This document shows, piece after piece, positions 45,601 through 53,701 of a stretch of DNA of 64,000 bases. The stretch lies in the IMG/VR virus record IMGVR_UViG_3300032327_000792, one strand, 5' to 3'. Both the position numbers and the translations under genes were made by a program. Origin of the DNA: a virus (lineage: Duplodnaviria > Caudoviricetes). Numbering within the stretch: position 1 is the stretch's first letter; every line of letters starts with the position of its first letter. The notes under the pieces were generated by a model that saw only the letters and a list, made by a program, of their open reading frames with translations, had not been told where the DNA came from and did no database searches.

Positions 45601-47861
45601 GCAAATTCATTCACATTGTATGTGGGGTCAGTTTTGATCTTTGGACCGGGACGTTTTACAGGATCCACAGGATCAATGTCAGTGACATCCAGCCCTGTGG
45701 CTTTTATGTCACCAATGAACTTGTGTTCTGTATCTTCGTCACCAAAGCTGATGATGGTACTAGGAGGACCCTGTCCAAAATCGTGTTGCCCTAGACCTTT
45801 CATGTTTGGAATATGTTGACCCAGTTTGTACCAGTCGTACACATCTGAAACATCCACACGTAGCGTGCCAGCTGGCATTGTGGGTTTGAATTCTGGACCA
45901 GGCGGTCGTTGGTTGCCTAGAGCATCTAGTTTAGAGCTCACACGGCCAGTTTCTTTGAACTCGCGTAGGGCATTCTTAAGACCTTTGATCAGTAACTCAG
46001 GATGTCCTTGACTGTCTGTGTTCAAACTCAACTTGTTGGCTTCTTTGCCCACTGCTCCGGGCTGAACATCCACACTCAACGCATTGCTGAACTGTGGTAG
46101 CTTTGCTTGTTTACGTGTGGGAATATAACCCGAAGATTCTTTTACATCATCTTTGTTTTGCATCTGTTTCTGTAGCTGATACAAACGACTTTGATTCTTT
46201 GCGTTAGCTGATCCAGGACCTTGACCCTGTGCTCTTAAAAAATTCTGTAGTTCTTGATCCAGTTCGGCCTTGACACCGGCCCGGTTCATGTTTTTCACTG
46301 TTTGTGCTGTGCGTGCCGCTGTTTGTGCATCTCGAACAGTGCCAGCAGTTGTAGTAGCACAGCCAGGAGTACCTGCTATGCATGCGGCTGCTGCTATTGC
46401 ACCTAACTTTTCTTTTACACCCTCTTGTGTGGGCTTTCGGCGAGGTTTGAAAGGTACCAGCATGTTGGCCGGCAATCTCACAGTTTCACCTGTGTCAGCG
46501 TCTGTGATGGTGACCATGTGACCAACCTGTTGAATCACAGTTCCGCCCTTGGGCAACATTTTGAGACCATAGTTATCAATTACACCGTCGCCGCGTTGGA
46601 ACATCTTGCTTGAGCCCAAACTGTAAGTGGCTTCCATGGTGTGCTCAGTATCAAACAATTCAGGGTGCAGTTGTCCGTATTCACGCATCAGCACACCAGC
46701 TTGAGCATTGGCTTCGTTTTCGTATTCACTGCCTGTGACACCTGCATCGTCAGGTATGTCAGCAACTTCACCTTGACGCTGATGTGTGAGCTCGTGTGCT
46801 ACTGTGCGCAATATGTCCATGACATGGCGATTGGCCAAGCTCACAATCAATTCATTGGTGTCATGATTGTAGCTGCCAAATGTTCGGTTGCGTTTGCTCC
46901 ACACAGGATCACGTTTGAAACGTATCCGGGGCGTGTTTTCAATACCTAATTTTTCAACACAAAAGTTCACAAAGTCTGTGACAGTGTCTTCTGTGGTGGG
47001 TGCAGATTCCTGTATGCTTTCTCCACCACCACCATCGCCTCCTCCACCGTCGGCAGGAGCTTCACCGGAACCGGCAAATCCAAATCCGGGATACCAATAT
47101 CCACCAAAGCCGTATTTTACTTTTTTCTTTTTGGCTTTCTTTTTGCGGCGTTCATTCAAACTCAACTCTGCATCTTTGGCTGCTGCTCTGGCACTGTATA
47201 ATTTTTTAATTGCGCCTTGATTGCGCAACATCTTGAAGGCCAGGTTTTCAGCACCCAGTTCACCGTGTGCATCAAGTCCAGCTTGACGCATGTTTCGGAT
47301 TTTGTTTGCCAACTCTGCAATGGCGTCGCCATCCTGAGAAGCCACAGCAGATTCAATTCTGTGTCCAATGTCTTCATACTTTGACTTCACTGCTTCGTCG
47401 TTGACAGTGGCACGTTGCTTGAGTGGAATTTTTACCCAGTCATTGTTCAGCACACTGTATATGCCCTGGCTCACAGGTTGCTTGCGGGCATCTTCTACAT
47501 AGAGCTCTACATCATAGCCGCCAATGGTGATGTTGTGTTGATCATTGTACTGATACTTTTTGGCATCAAACAGTTCGCGATATACATCATCGGCATCTGC
47601 CTGAGGAATATCTACCACTAGATGTAGATCAATGTCTGAATAGGGTGTGTAAGTGTATCCGGCATTGCTACCTGACACAGTAATGTCTTTTACTTCTATG
47701 TCACTGAGTCCTAGAAATTCTTTAAAATCCTCGGCAATTGCCAACAGGCGCTCACGCACCTCGGGTTTCATTTTTTGCCCGGACCAAACCACTGGATTTA
47801 AAGTGTTGTTGAATTTAACAGCATCTGCTAAATTATAGGAATCTAATTCTGTGATGTTCAT
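42615..47861 (-). CDS. 1748-aa polyprotein: Pol-beta-type nucleotidyltransferase, zincin-like domain, amidoligase, C-terminal repeats
   Basis: GSNAGY...SDIDLH plus DVELY; AHELTH; GFEAE...DSSL...LELVSPPL...TGLHM...IEFR. Confidence 0.75.
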   Translation of the reverse strand: MNITELDSYNLADAVKFNNTLNPVVWSGQKMKPEVRERLLAIAEDFKEFLGLSDIEVKDITVSGSNAGYTYTPYSDIDLHLVVDIPQADADDVYRELFDAKKYQYNDQHNITIGGYDVELYVEDARKQPVSQGIYSVLNNDWVKIPLKQRATVNDEAVKSKYEDIGHRIESAVASQDGDAIAELANKIRNMRQAGLDAHGELGAENLAFKMLRNQGAIKKLYSARAAAKDAELSLNERRKKKAKKKKVKYGFGGYWYPGFGFAGSGEAPADGGGGDGGGGESIQESAPTTEDTVTDFVNFCVEKLGIENTPRIRFKRDPVWSKRNRTFGSYNHDTNELIVSLANRHVMDILRTVAHELTHQRQGEVADIPDDAGVTGSEYENEANAQAGVLMREYGQLHPELFDTEHTMEATYSLGSSKMFQRGDGVIDNYGLKMLPKGGTVIQQVGHMVTITDADTGETVRLPANMLVPFKPRRKPTQEGVKEKLGAIAAAACIAGTPGCATTTAGTVRDAQTAARTAQTVKNMNRAGVKAELDQELQNFLRAQGQGPGSANAKNQSRLYQLQKQMQNKDDVKESSGYIPTRKQAKLPQFSNALSVDVQPGAVGKEANKLSLNTDSQGHPELLIKGLKNALREFKETGRVSSKLDALGNQRPPGPEFKPTMPAGTLRVDVSDVYDWYKLGQHIPNMKGLGQHDFGQGPPSTIISFGDEDTEHKFIGDIKATGLDVTDIDPVDPVKRPGPKIKTDPTYNVNEFAPGPGRDRNDDVPDPIFVLANRWWNATDRQPQIESVLNSLGWSIRQVESEDDAVQLQHRDGTTHFISADDFDPDLFESVQLDEVKMSPSALRKFADSPEAEGILAGFEAELIFRDTSSEDDDSDDDMEADMDMDERAYSIEQVVEFFSNDYSGYGMSERQADRLRDRLDEAYFEWRDEQIMRDFEQEAEDLIRKVLVDEGDWDKDTEIQKQLELLDLTDDEMNEIIQAGERAPRFTKYSDQQEYAKENPLYQKYMDAQSAAEDLLDALVEDEVRKQGANWDAALDEFRNGYDADDSGFFSDIGLRWMSDVMNEYNLDWPYYTNTSSRNEGSRDWSQIAAELETVLGKRVVVGSGYHSARRVPNEYVLEPDSSLSPDNRDDAGLELVSPPLPLNQAIEQMEKVIAWANSDGYAYTNDSTGLHMGISIPFKGGDVDYLKLILFMGDEYVLDKFGRAANTYTASAMKKIKQNVASGSPKIASAVELMKSNLLELAQKYVQQGVGGSKYTSAHIKPGYIEFRSPGGDYLSIGDQGEADVLASTMRRFAYAMYLAGRPDLERPEYYKKLYKLIAPEGNRDLELFSKFSAGELTAEQLKKQWAEKVINKEVPDGTGGKSSWRLYNRSTNKPVEGLEFSNYTELDALERAKARVSPASSMMDFKQAYELRDVGTNTGQWRVMRKDNNETLEIIDAATRGEAADQAREKYTDVIPFYIEPYGGGKTEPEPKLSRRAKLAKQIAQPKDYVVLNKHSGLPFYTFQASSQAQAVDFAITYLQDKNLDTGNFTVQRATGVKQAVDNAVDSQRLQQRVQATDQYEIVDRRNNRVILRYRADDAADAGDKFSNWLRNQGMPADTENYGWRVAQAVNDIEPDIAQNFDRPQDATEVRRNWEFVDRITGRVIHSMTNASYNQANVVQTNLEQQNPAADIYLRSVDPRPELGESTESDAERARKFMNMAAQKNGYSSWASVPQSAKNSVMLLAVEYMNDKRHPYNMLDRKKK

Positions 47862-47895
47862 AGTGTATTTATTGGATCTTTTGTTATAACATCTT

Positions 47896-47927
47896 AAAGA
47901 AAAAGCCGCTGATTAGGCGGCTCTTTT
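47896..47927 (-). terminator. Rho-independent terminator
   Basis: AGCCGC-7nt-GCGGCT hairpin followed by a T-rich tract on the minus strand (and TTTT on the plus strand). Confidence 0.75.
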
Positions 47928-47944
47928 GATCAATCAAAAAAGAA

Positions 47945-48823
47945 TTACTTCTTTTTCTTTTTGCTGGCCATTACTTTGCCTGTGACCGGCGCCGGGGGTT
48001 CAGCAGCTGTCACGGGTTCGGTCATTGTTGGCACAATCTGTGTAGTCTGTGCAGCCGATTGATTGGCCAATGCCATTGCATGTAGATCTCTATAGGCCTG
48101 CTCTTGATTTTCATTGCTGAACACATAGGTTCCTGAGTGACGTAACAACACACGCTTGTCTACCCATACTTCTCCACCTAGATCACGCCAGTTTTCGCAA
48201 AATGCCCAGTCTTCGGAGTAGTAGCGATTTTCACGCACACCTGTGTCAAAGTAGGTCTTCATGTGAGCGTCTAGCTCCTGAGGCAAGCCAATGTCGTTCT
48301 TGAATGGAATTACGTGTGGATGCTTGTTTAGCTTTTCAAACACATGACGCTTGATCAGTAGGAATCCTGTGCCTGTTTTTGATACTTCTTGCAGTGCGCC
48401 ATCTTCCTTTGCACCGTCAAATCCGTTGACACACCATTTGATTGGCAAGGATTTCATTGGGTACAATCCACCAATTACGTCTTTGTCTGCATTCAACATC
48501 ACCAACAAATGCCATGGCTCCCAGCCAATGTCAGCATCAATAAACATCAAGTGTGTGGATTCGGGGTTGGTCAAAAACTTGGCTGTGAGTGTGTTTCTGG
48601 CACGAGTAATTAGAGACTCATTGGTCATGGTTTCCATGGTCCAATCAATGCCCAACTGACGTGCAGTATTGGACCATTTGATAAAACTCATAAATGTTGA
48701 CTCAGTTAAATTACCGCCATAGCATGGCATACAGATATGTACTTTGGTAGTTTTTAAAAAATCAACATTGACTTGTATGGTGTTTTGTGGTGGTAATGGA
48801 GATTGTGTGATTGCGTCTGACAT
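47945..48823 (-). CDS. Glycosyltransferase (GT-A/GT2-like)
   Basis: ICMPCYGG, ESLITRARN, HLMFIDADI, SEDWAFC, RHSG. Confidence 0.75.
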   Translation of the reverse strand: MSDAITQSPLPPQNTIQVNVDFLKTTKVHICMPCYGGNLTESTFMSFIKWSNTARQLGIDWTMETMTNESLITRARNTLTAKFLTNPESTHLMFIDADIGWEPWHLLVMLNADKDVIGGLYPMKSLPIKWCVNGFDGAKEDGALQEVSKTGTGFLLIKRHVFEKLNKHPHVIPFKNDIGLPQELDAHMKTYFDTGVRENRYYSEDWAFCENWRDLGGEVWVDKRVLLRHSGTYVFSNENQEQAYRDLHAMALANQSAAQTTQIVPTMTEPVTAAEPPAPVTGKVMASKKKKK

Positions 48824-48876
48824 CGTTTCCTCTTTGTTAAAATGTGTGTATATTTACAAGAGTACAGCAGGTGGGG

Positions 48877-49677
48877 CTATTTTTTACGACCGGCGCAGTG
48901 TGCTCGTTGACTGAAACCTTTGGGGTTTGAACAATTGATTGAGCTCTTGTATTTCTTACTCCATTTTTCTTCCAAATAGTCGTCAGATTCTTTTTCTTTT
49001 AATTGTGCTATGCGTTGTCGTAATTGGGTTATTTTTTCAGCAATTCTAGCACGGCTTTCGCTGACTATTTCCACTGGACGACCAGTGCCTAATTTAAGAT
49101 CAAATATATCTCGGATTCCTGGGTCCACATCACCATAAAGATCAGCAATGATTTGATCACGGTCTGAATCATTTCCGGCAATATATTGTTTTCTTATCTG
49201 ACTGGCTGAATTGGCATCAGCACCACGTACTCGGAAGTTTACAGTGGGTGTCACTGCCACATAGGCGTGTTGTGTCATATTCTGCAGATCCTTGCTGTCT
49301 AGGGGCAGGGGTTGCATGTAACTGGGTGTGCCGTCTTTTTTGGTGCCAAATGTAAATCTAGCATCTTCACCGGTCATGTCTTTTTCACTCACAGCAAATA
49401 TCAACACAGTATTTTCAGGATCGTCTATTTCGGATCGGATTTCTTGTGCTTGATAAGGATTACGTACCTGCGCAATTTGCCCGGGACTGATGCCCAATTT
49501 GGTCATCATTGCCATTTTGTCTGCAAAAGAAAATGGGCTGGTTTCTGGATCTTGTTTGTCGCTGCTCACAACAAATACATTGCGATCGCCGTAACGCTTG
49601 GTCAGATAATCATAGCTGGCTTTGTGCCCACGATGAAAAGGATGAAAACGGCCGGGATATATCACTACTGTACGCAT
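48877..49677 (-). CDS. HIGH-family nucleotidyltransferase (cytidylyltransferase/NMNAT-like) with basic C-terminal module
   Basis: YPGRFHPFHRGH, SASQIR; tail after YLEE: KWSKKYKSSINCSNPKGFSQRAHCAGRKK. Confidence 0.75.
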   Translation of the reverse strand: MRTVVIYPGRFHPFHRGHKASYDYLTKRYGDRNVFVVSSDKQDPETSPFSFADKMAMMTKLGISPGQIAQVRNPYQAQEIRSEIDDPENTVLIFAVSEKDMTGEDARFTFGTKKDGTPSYMQPLPLDSKDLQNMTQHAYVAVTPTVNFRVRGADANSASQIRKQYIAGNDSDRDQIIADLYGDVDPGIRDIFDLKLGTGRPVEIVSESRARIAEKITQLRQRIAQLKEKESDDYLEEKWSKKYKSSINCSNPKGFSQRAHCAGRKK

Positions 49678-49690
49678 CTAGTATTTAGCG

Positions 49691-50134
49691 TTACATGTTT
49701 TCCAGGAGCCAGAGATAAATCGGCGTGGTGAATTTCAATGCCACTGTGCCATTGCAACCAATAGTTCCAAAAAATTGCTCTTTTGTTACAGGTTGTGTGC
49801 CATTGAAATCGTGTTCATACACAGCAAGCTCGTTGACCATTTGCCCTAACTCAATATCATCAAATGTCAAATTGGCAATTTCCAAACACGCATCATGCAG
49901 TATCTCCCCAGATTCAGATATTGCTGTGTGCTCTGGCAGTTTGTTTTTTAACACTATTTTTAATGTGTGATCTGTTTCGACATTGTCGTCGGGCAAATTA
50001 CCTGATACTATTACAGAGTCTGCAACATGTTCCGTGTCAAACACACACTGATCATTGATCCAGCATTCAAATCCCAGGGCCACTGCAGGATTAGTAGGAG
50101 TTAATTGGAAACTAAATGTTGATTGTTGCATCAA
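49691..50134 (-). CDS. Hypothetical protein
   Basis: 147-aa ORF coupled to neighbours. Confidence 0.7.
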   Translation of the reverse strand: MMQQSTFSFQLTPTNPAVALGFECWINDQCVFDTEHVADSVIVSGNLPDDNVETDHTLKIVLKNKLPEHTAISESGEILHDACLEIANLTFDDIELGQMVNELAVYEHDFNGTQPVTKEQFFGTIGCNGTVALKFTTPIYLWLLENM

Positions 50135-50514
50135 TAAACAATGTTTACAAAGTTAATGGTGCCAGAGTCAAAGCCAGTGATTCTAGCACGTACCCAGACA
50201 TAATTGCCAGTGGCTGTAAACACACGATGATCAGTTATGGCACTACTGCCGTCGTTGATGGTGCTATCGTCGCCATATTCATAGATATCAAACCAGTCAG
50301 CTGTTTGCCACTCGTTGTCTATTGTGGCCTGCAAGGTAATGGTGCCTGTGAAATTGGTAGTTCGAATGCCCAGGGTTTGTATACCACCCTGTCCTTGATA
50401 ATAGCCCACTGCTTTGACACCGTCAGAGTCAAAATCAGCAGAGCTGCCGTCGTAGTTGCCGGACGGTGTGCCTGACACCACATTGTCCAATAAAAATATA
50501 CTGGTCAACGCCAT
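50131..50514 (-). CDS. Putative virion structural protein (beta-rich)
   Basis: 127 aa, Gly/Thr/aromatic-rich, late context. Confidence 0.55.
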   Translation of the reverse strand: MALTSIFLLDNVVSGTPSGNYDGSSADFDSDGVKAVGYYQGQGGIQTLGIRTTNFTGTITLQATIDNEWQTADWFDIYEYGDDSTINDGSSAITDHRVFTATGNYVWVRARITGFDSGTINFVNIVY

Positions 50515-50690
50515 TATGCCTGTTGCACTTCCACAATAACAGCACTGCCTGCAGCTTCCGACGCTAGTTGTTGCACAACTGCTTCCAGTTGAGAAACCAT
50601 TTCAGGAGTCAACAACACATGAGCTGTATCTGTGTCACGTACCATTTCTGATACAGTAATAACTAAAGAGGTTGAATTGATTTTTGCCAT
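50514..50690 (-). CDS. Hypothetical protein (58 aa)
   Basis: Hand-translated MAKINSTSLVITVSEMVRD...VEVQQA, downstream of CTAAATA. Confidence 0.65.
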   Translation of the reverse strand: MAKINSTSLVITVSEMVRDTDTAHVLLTPEMVSQLEAVVQQLASEAAGSAVIVEVQQA

Positions 50691-50696
50691 AGTGTT

Positions 50697-51404
50697 TTAT
50701 TTAGCCACCAATTGTGAGGTCTTGCGAATTAATCCCGGTCGGATCAATGCCAGCATGGTCAACCAAGTGCGGTTGTTGTAGTCCACAAAGAAATAATCCT
50801 GTGTGCGTACAAAAGGCAGTGATAACCATGCTTTTAATGCAGGGCTAATTCTAATGTCAGGCTGATTGTTAAAGAAATTCAATAGTTGATCTTTTTCTCC
50901 AGCAGTCAGCTTGACATTGCGGAAATAGCTTCTGTATTCATGTCGAGGATTGAGCAATGCAATGGTATTTTTGGCACGCACAACCACAGCCTCGGTGTAC
51001 TTTGCCTCACGCACAAAAGGCAAACGTCCAATGCGTTCCAGCAATACAGAATTGTTGCTGTAAATCCAACATTGATTCACCGAAATTACTATTTTGTAGG
51101 GTTCAGTTACCTGTTGTAAAAAGTCAACAAACGCATACAATTCGTCACGAGTTTGATCAGTAATAGGCTGATGTTGGCGCACAAAGTTATTTTGTGGCCA
51201 GCGAGTACGCACACGTTCACGCCACTGTTTTCGGTGGTTCAGTATATCAGTGATTTTTTCAATGTCCAAGGTGTTACGCAACGCAGTGGCTTCATTCAGC
51301 CGCAAGCGTATGCAGTATTGCCAGTGATCGTAAAACAATTGATCACTGTCAATGGACTTAAAGTTTGGGCTTTGTTGGGTCAAGGACAATGTATCCATCC
51401 GCAT
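50697..51404 (-). CDS. Hypothetical protein
   Basis: 235-aa ORF; start uncertain (overlaps the clpA end). Confidence 0.65.
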   Translation of the reverse strand: MRMDTLSLTQQSPNFKSIDSDQLFYDHWQYCIRLRLNEATALRNTLDIEKITDILNHRKQWRERVRTRWPQNNFVRQHQPITDQTRDELYAFVDFLQQVTEPYKIVISVNQCWIYSNNSVLLERIGRLPFVREAKYTEAVVVRAKNTIALLNPRHEYRSYFRNVKLTAGEKDQLLNFFNNQPDIRISPALKAWLSLPFVRTQDYFFVDYNNRTWLTMLALIRPGLIRKTSQLVAK

Positions 51405-53634
51405 CTACCACCGGAACGGGTATAGGTTCTTGTATCACAAATGTCACTGCGTCACCGTCAAGTTCGGCATGCAACACACAGTCACTCAATCGGTCAAACA
51501 AAATACGTTTACTCAGTGGCACGCGAATTAATTCATCAATTTTGCGTGACAATGGTCTGGCACCCATTTTGGGATCGTAGCCTTTTTCCGCCAACAAATC
51601 AATCACTGCTTCGCTGAGCGTTAATCGGATGCCTTTGACACTCAAACTTGTTTGCAATTGATCCACAAATTTGATCACAATCTTTTTGATGGCCAATTGG
51701 TCTAATTTCACAAACTTGCACACTTGATCAATACGATTGCGTAATTCAGGTTTGAAGAACTCTTTCATGGCCCGGTCTTCTGATCCTGTCTTTTCCAGGC
51801 TCTGTCCAAAACCAATGTTGTTTTGTTCATTGTCACGGGCACCCAAATTTGACGTCATAACAATAATGCAGTTCTTTAGATTCACAGTTTTACCATTGGC
51901 ACTGGACAATCTACCTTCGTCCAACATCTGCAACATGATATTGATCACGTCCGGATGAGCCTTTTCAATTTCGTCAAAAAGAATGATCGAAAATGGATTT
52001 TTTGAAATGTCTGAAATCAGCTTGCCGCCACCTATGTTGCCGTCTTCAAAGCCCACATATCCTGGAGGAGCACCAATCAAACTGGATACAGTATGCTTTT
52101 CTTGATATTCGCTCATGTCGTATTTCAGCAACTGCATGTCTAAATTTGCACTTAATAATTTGGCCAATTCTGTTTTGCCAGTGCCTGTTGGACCCATGAA
52201 CAAGAACGACGCAATGGGTCTGTTTTCATTGCCGATGCCTGAGAAGTTGATATACACACGCTCTAGCACAGAATCAACAGCGGCATCTTGCCCGTACAAC
52301 TTTTGCTTGATATTGGATTCCAAATCCACAATCTTGGCTGAACGTTCATTTTGCAATCTATCCAAGGGAATATTAGCAACTCGGGACAACTGTGCCATAA
52401 TCATTTCTTTTGTAATGGTCACATTGCCCTGATCTTTTACACGTTGTCCAGCACAGGCTCCATCAATCAAATCAATTGATTTGTCGGGATTTTTACGATC
52501 ATGAATATAACGTCCTGATAATTCCACAGCAGCAGTCATGGCTTCTGTGTCAATCATCACATTGTGGAAAGTTTCCAAGCGTGGGCTCAATCCAATGAGA
52601 ATTTGCTCAGTGACTTCTGCTGTGGGTTCATCCACAGACACTCTATGGAAACGACGCATCAGGGCACGATCTTTTTCAAATGATTCGTAGTATTCTTCCC
52701 ATGTGGTTGACGCCACCACTTTTAAACTACCTTTGGTAATGGCTGGCTTCAACATATTGGCAAAGTCCAGGCTTGAATTATTGCCAGCACCTGCACCTTT
52801 CATGGTGTGCGCTTCGTCAATGAACAAAATACAATTGCCTTTGCTTTCCAATGCGCCAATTACTTGCTTGAATTTCTCTTCAAATTCACCGCGATATTTT
52901 GAGCCTGCCAACAAAGATCCAATTTCCAATCCCCATACTTCGTGGCCTCGAAGAAACTCCGGCACACGTCCTGCTATAATTTCCTGTGCTAGGCCATCCA
53001 CAATGGCAGTTTTGCCCACACCAGGATCGCCTACCATCAGCACATTGGCCTTGAATCGACGGGCCAACACAGTGATCATTTCATCCAATTCTGAACTGCG
53101 TCCAATCATGGGTTCCAGCTTGTTTTCTTGAGCCAATCTTGTGAGGTTGGTACAGTGTTCTTCCAACACTTCTGTGGCCTGCTGAGTGTTTAGCTTGACA
53201 TCCTTTTGGTTGTAGTTCTTGCCGTAGAAGTCCACGAACTCAGCTTTCTTTACACCGTACTTCAACAAGAAGTAATGAGCATGACTGTTGGTCTCGGACA
53301 TCATGGCCAAATAAAGATCCACTGTGGTAACACTGCGACGCCCTGTGAACAACACCTGTGTGAGAGCACGATTAAAACAACGTTCCAGTGCATTGGTCTT
53401 TTTGGGTTGTATGTCGCCTTGTTTGATTAGATTGACCAGGCTGTTTAAGTATGCCTCTAATTCTTCTTCAAACATGACCACATCCGTGCCGTATTTTTCC
53501 AACACTTTGCGAAAGGCAACATGACGAATCATGGCCAACAACACATGTTCTGTCAGCACATATTCATGTTGCTTGGTTCGAGCAATTTTGACTGCTTCGT
53601 CAACAATTTGTTCAATTTCAGGATTGTTTTGCAT
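51358..53634 (-). CDS. clpA: ATP-dependent Clp protease ATP-binding subunit ClpA
   Basis: Clp N-domain, two AAA+ modules (GDPGVGKT, GPTGTGKT), IGF ClpP-docking loop (NNIGFG), MGARPL. Confidence 0.93.
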   Translation of the reverse strand: MQNNPEIEQIVDEAVKIARTKQHEYVLTEHVLLAMIRHVAFRKVLEKYGTDVVMFEEELEAYLNSLVNLIKQGDIQPKKTNALERCFNRALTQVLFTGRRSVTTVDLYLAMMSETNSHAHYFLLKYGVKKAEFVDFYGKNYNQKDVKLNTQQATEVLEEHCTNLTRLAQENKLEPMIGRSSELDEMITVLARRFKANVLMVGDPGVGKTAIVDGLAQEIIAGRVPEFLRGHEVWGLEIGSLLAGSKYRGEFEEKFKQVIGALESKGNCILFIDEAHTMKGAGAGNNSSLDFANMLKPAITKGSLKVVASTTWEEYYESFEKDRALMRRFHRVSVDEPTAEVTEQILIGLSPRLETFHNVMIDTEAMTAAVELSGRYIHDRKNPDKSIDLIDGACAGQRVKDQGNVTITKEMIMAQLSRVANIPLDRLQNERSAKIVDLESNIKQKLYGQDAAVDSVLERVYINFSGIGNENRPIASFLFMGPTGTGKTELAKLLSANLDMQLLKYDMSEYQEKHTVSSLIGAPPGYVGFEDGNIGGGKLISDISKNPFSIILFDEIEKAHPDVINIMLQMLDEGRLSSANGKTVNLKNCIIVMTSNLGARDNEQNNIGFGQSLEKTGSEDRAMKEFFKPELRNRIDQVCKFVKLDQLAIKKIVIKFVDQLQTSLSVKGIRLTLSEAVIDLLAEKGYDPKMGARPLSRKIDELIRVPLSKRILFDRLSDCVLHAELDGDAVTFVIQEPIPVPVVDADGYIVLDPTKPKL

Positions 53635-53701
53635 ACGGCCCTTTGTTGTTATTGATGTATGTATATATTATTATACACTGAAATTTCGTTATAACGCAAT
53701 C

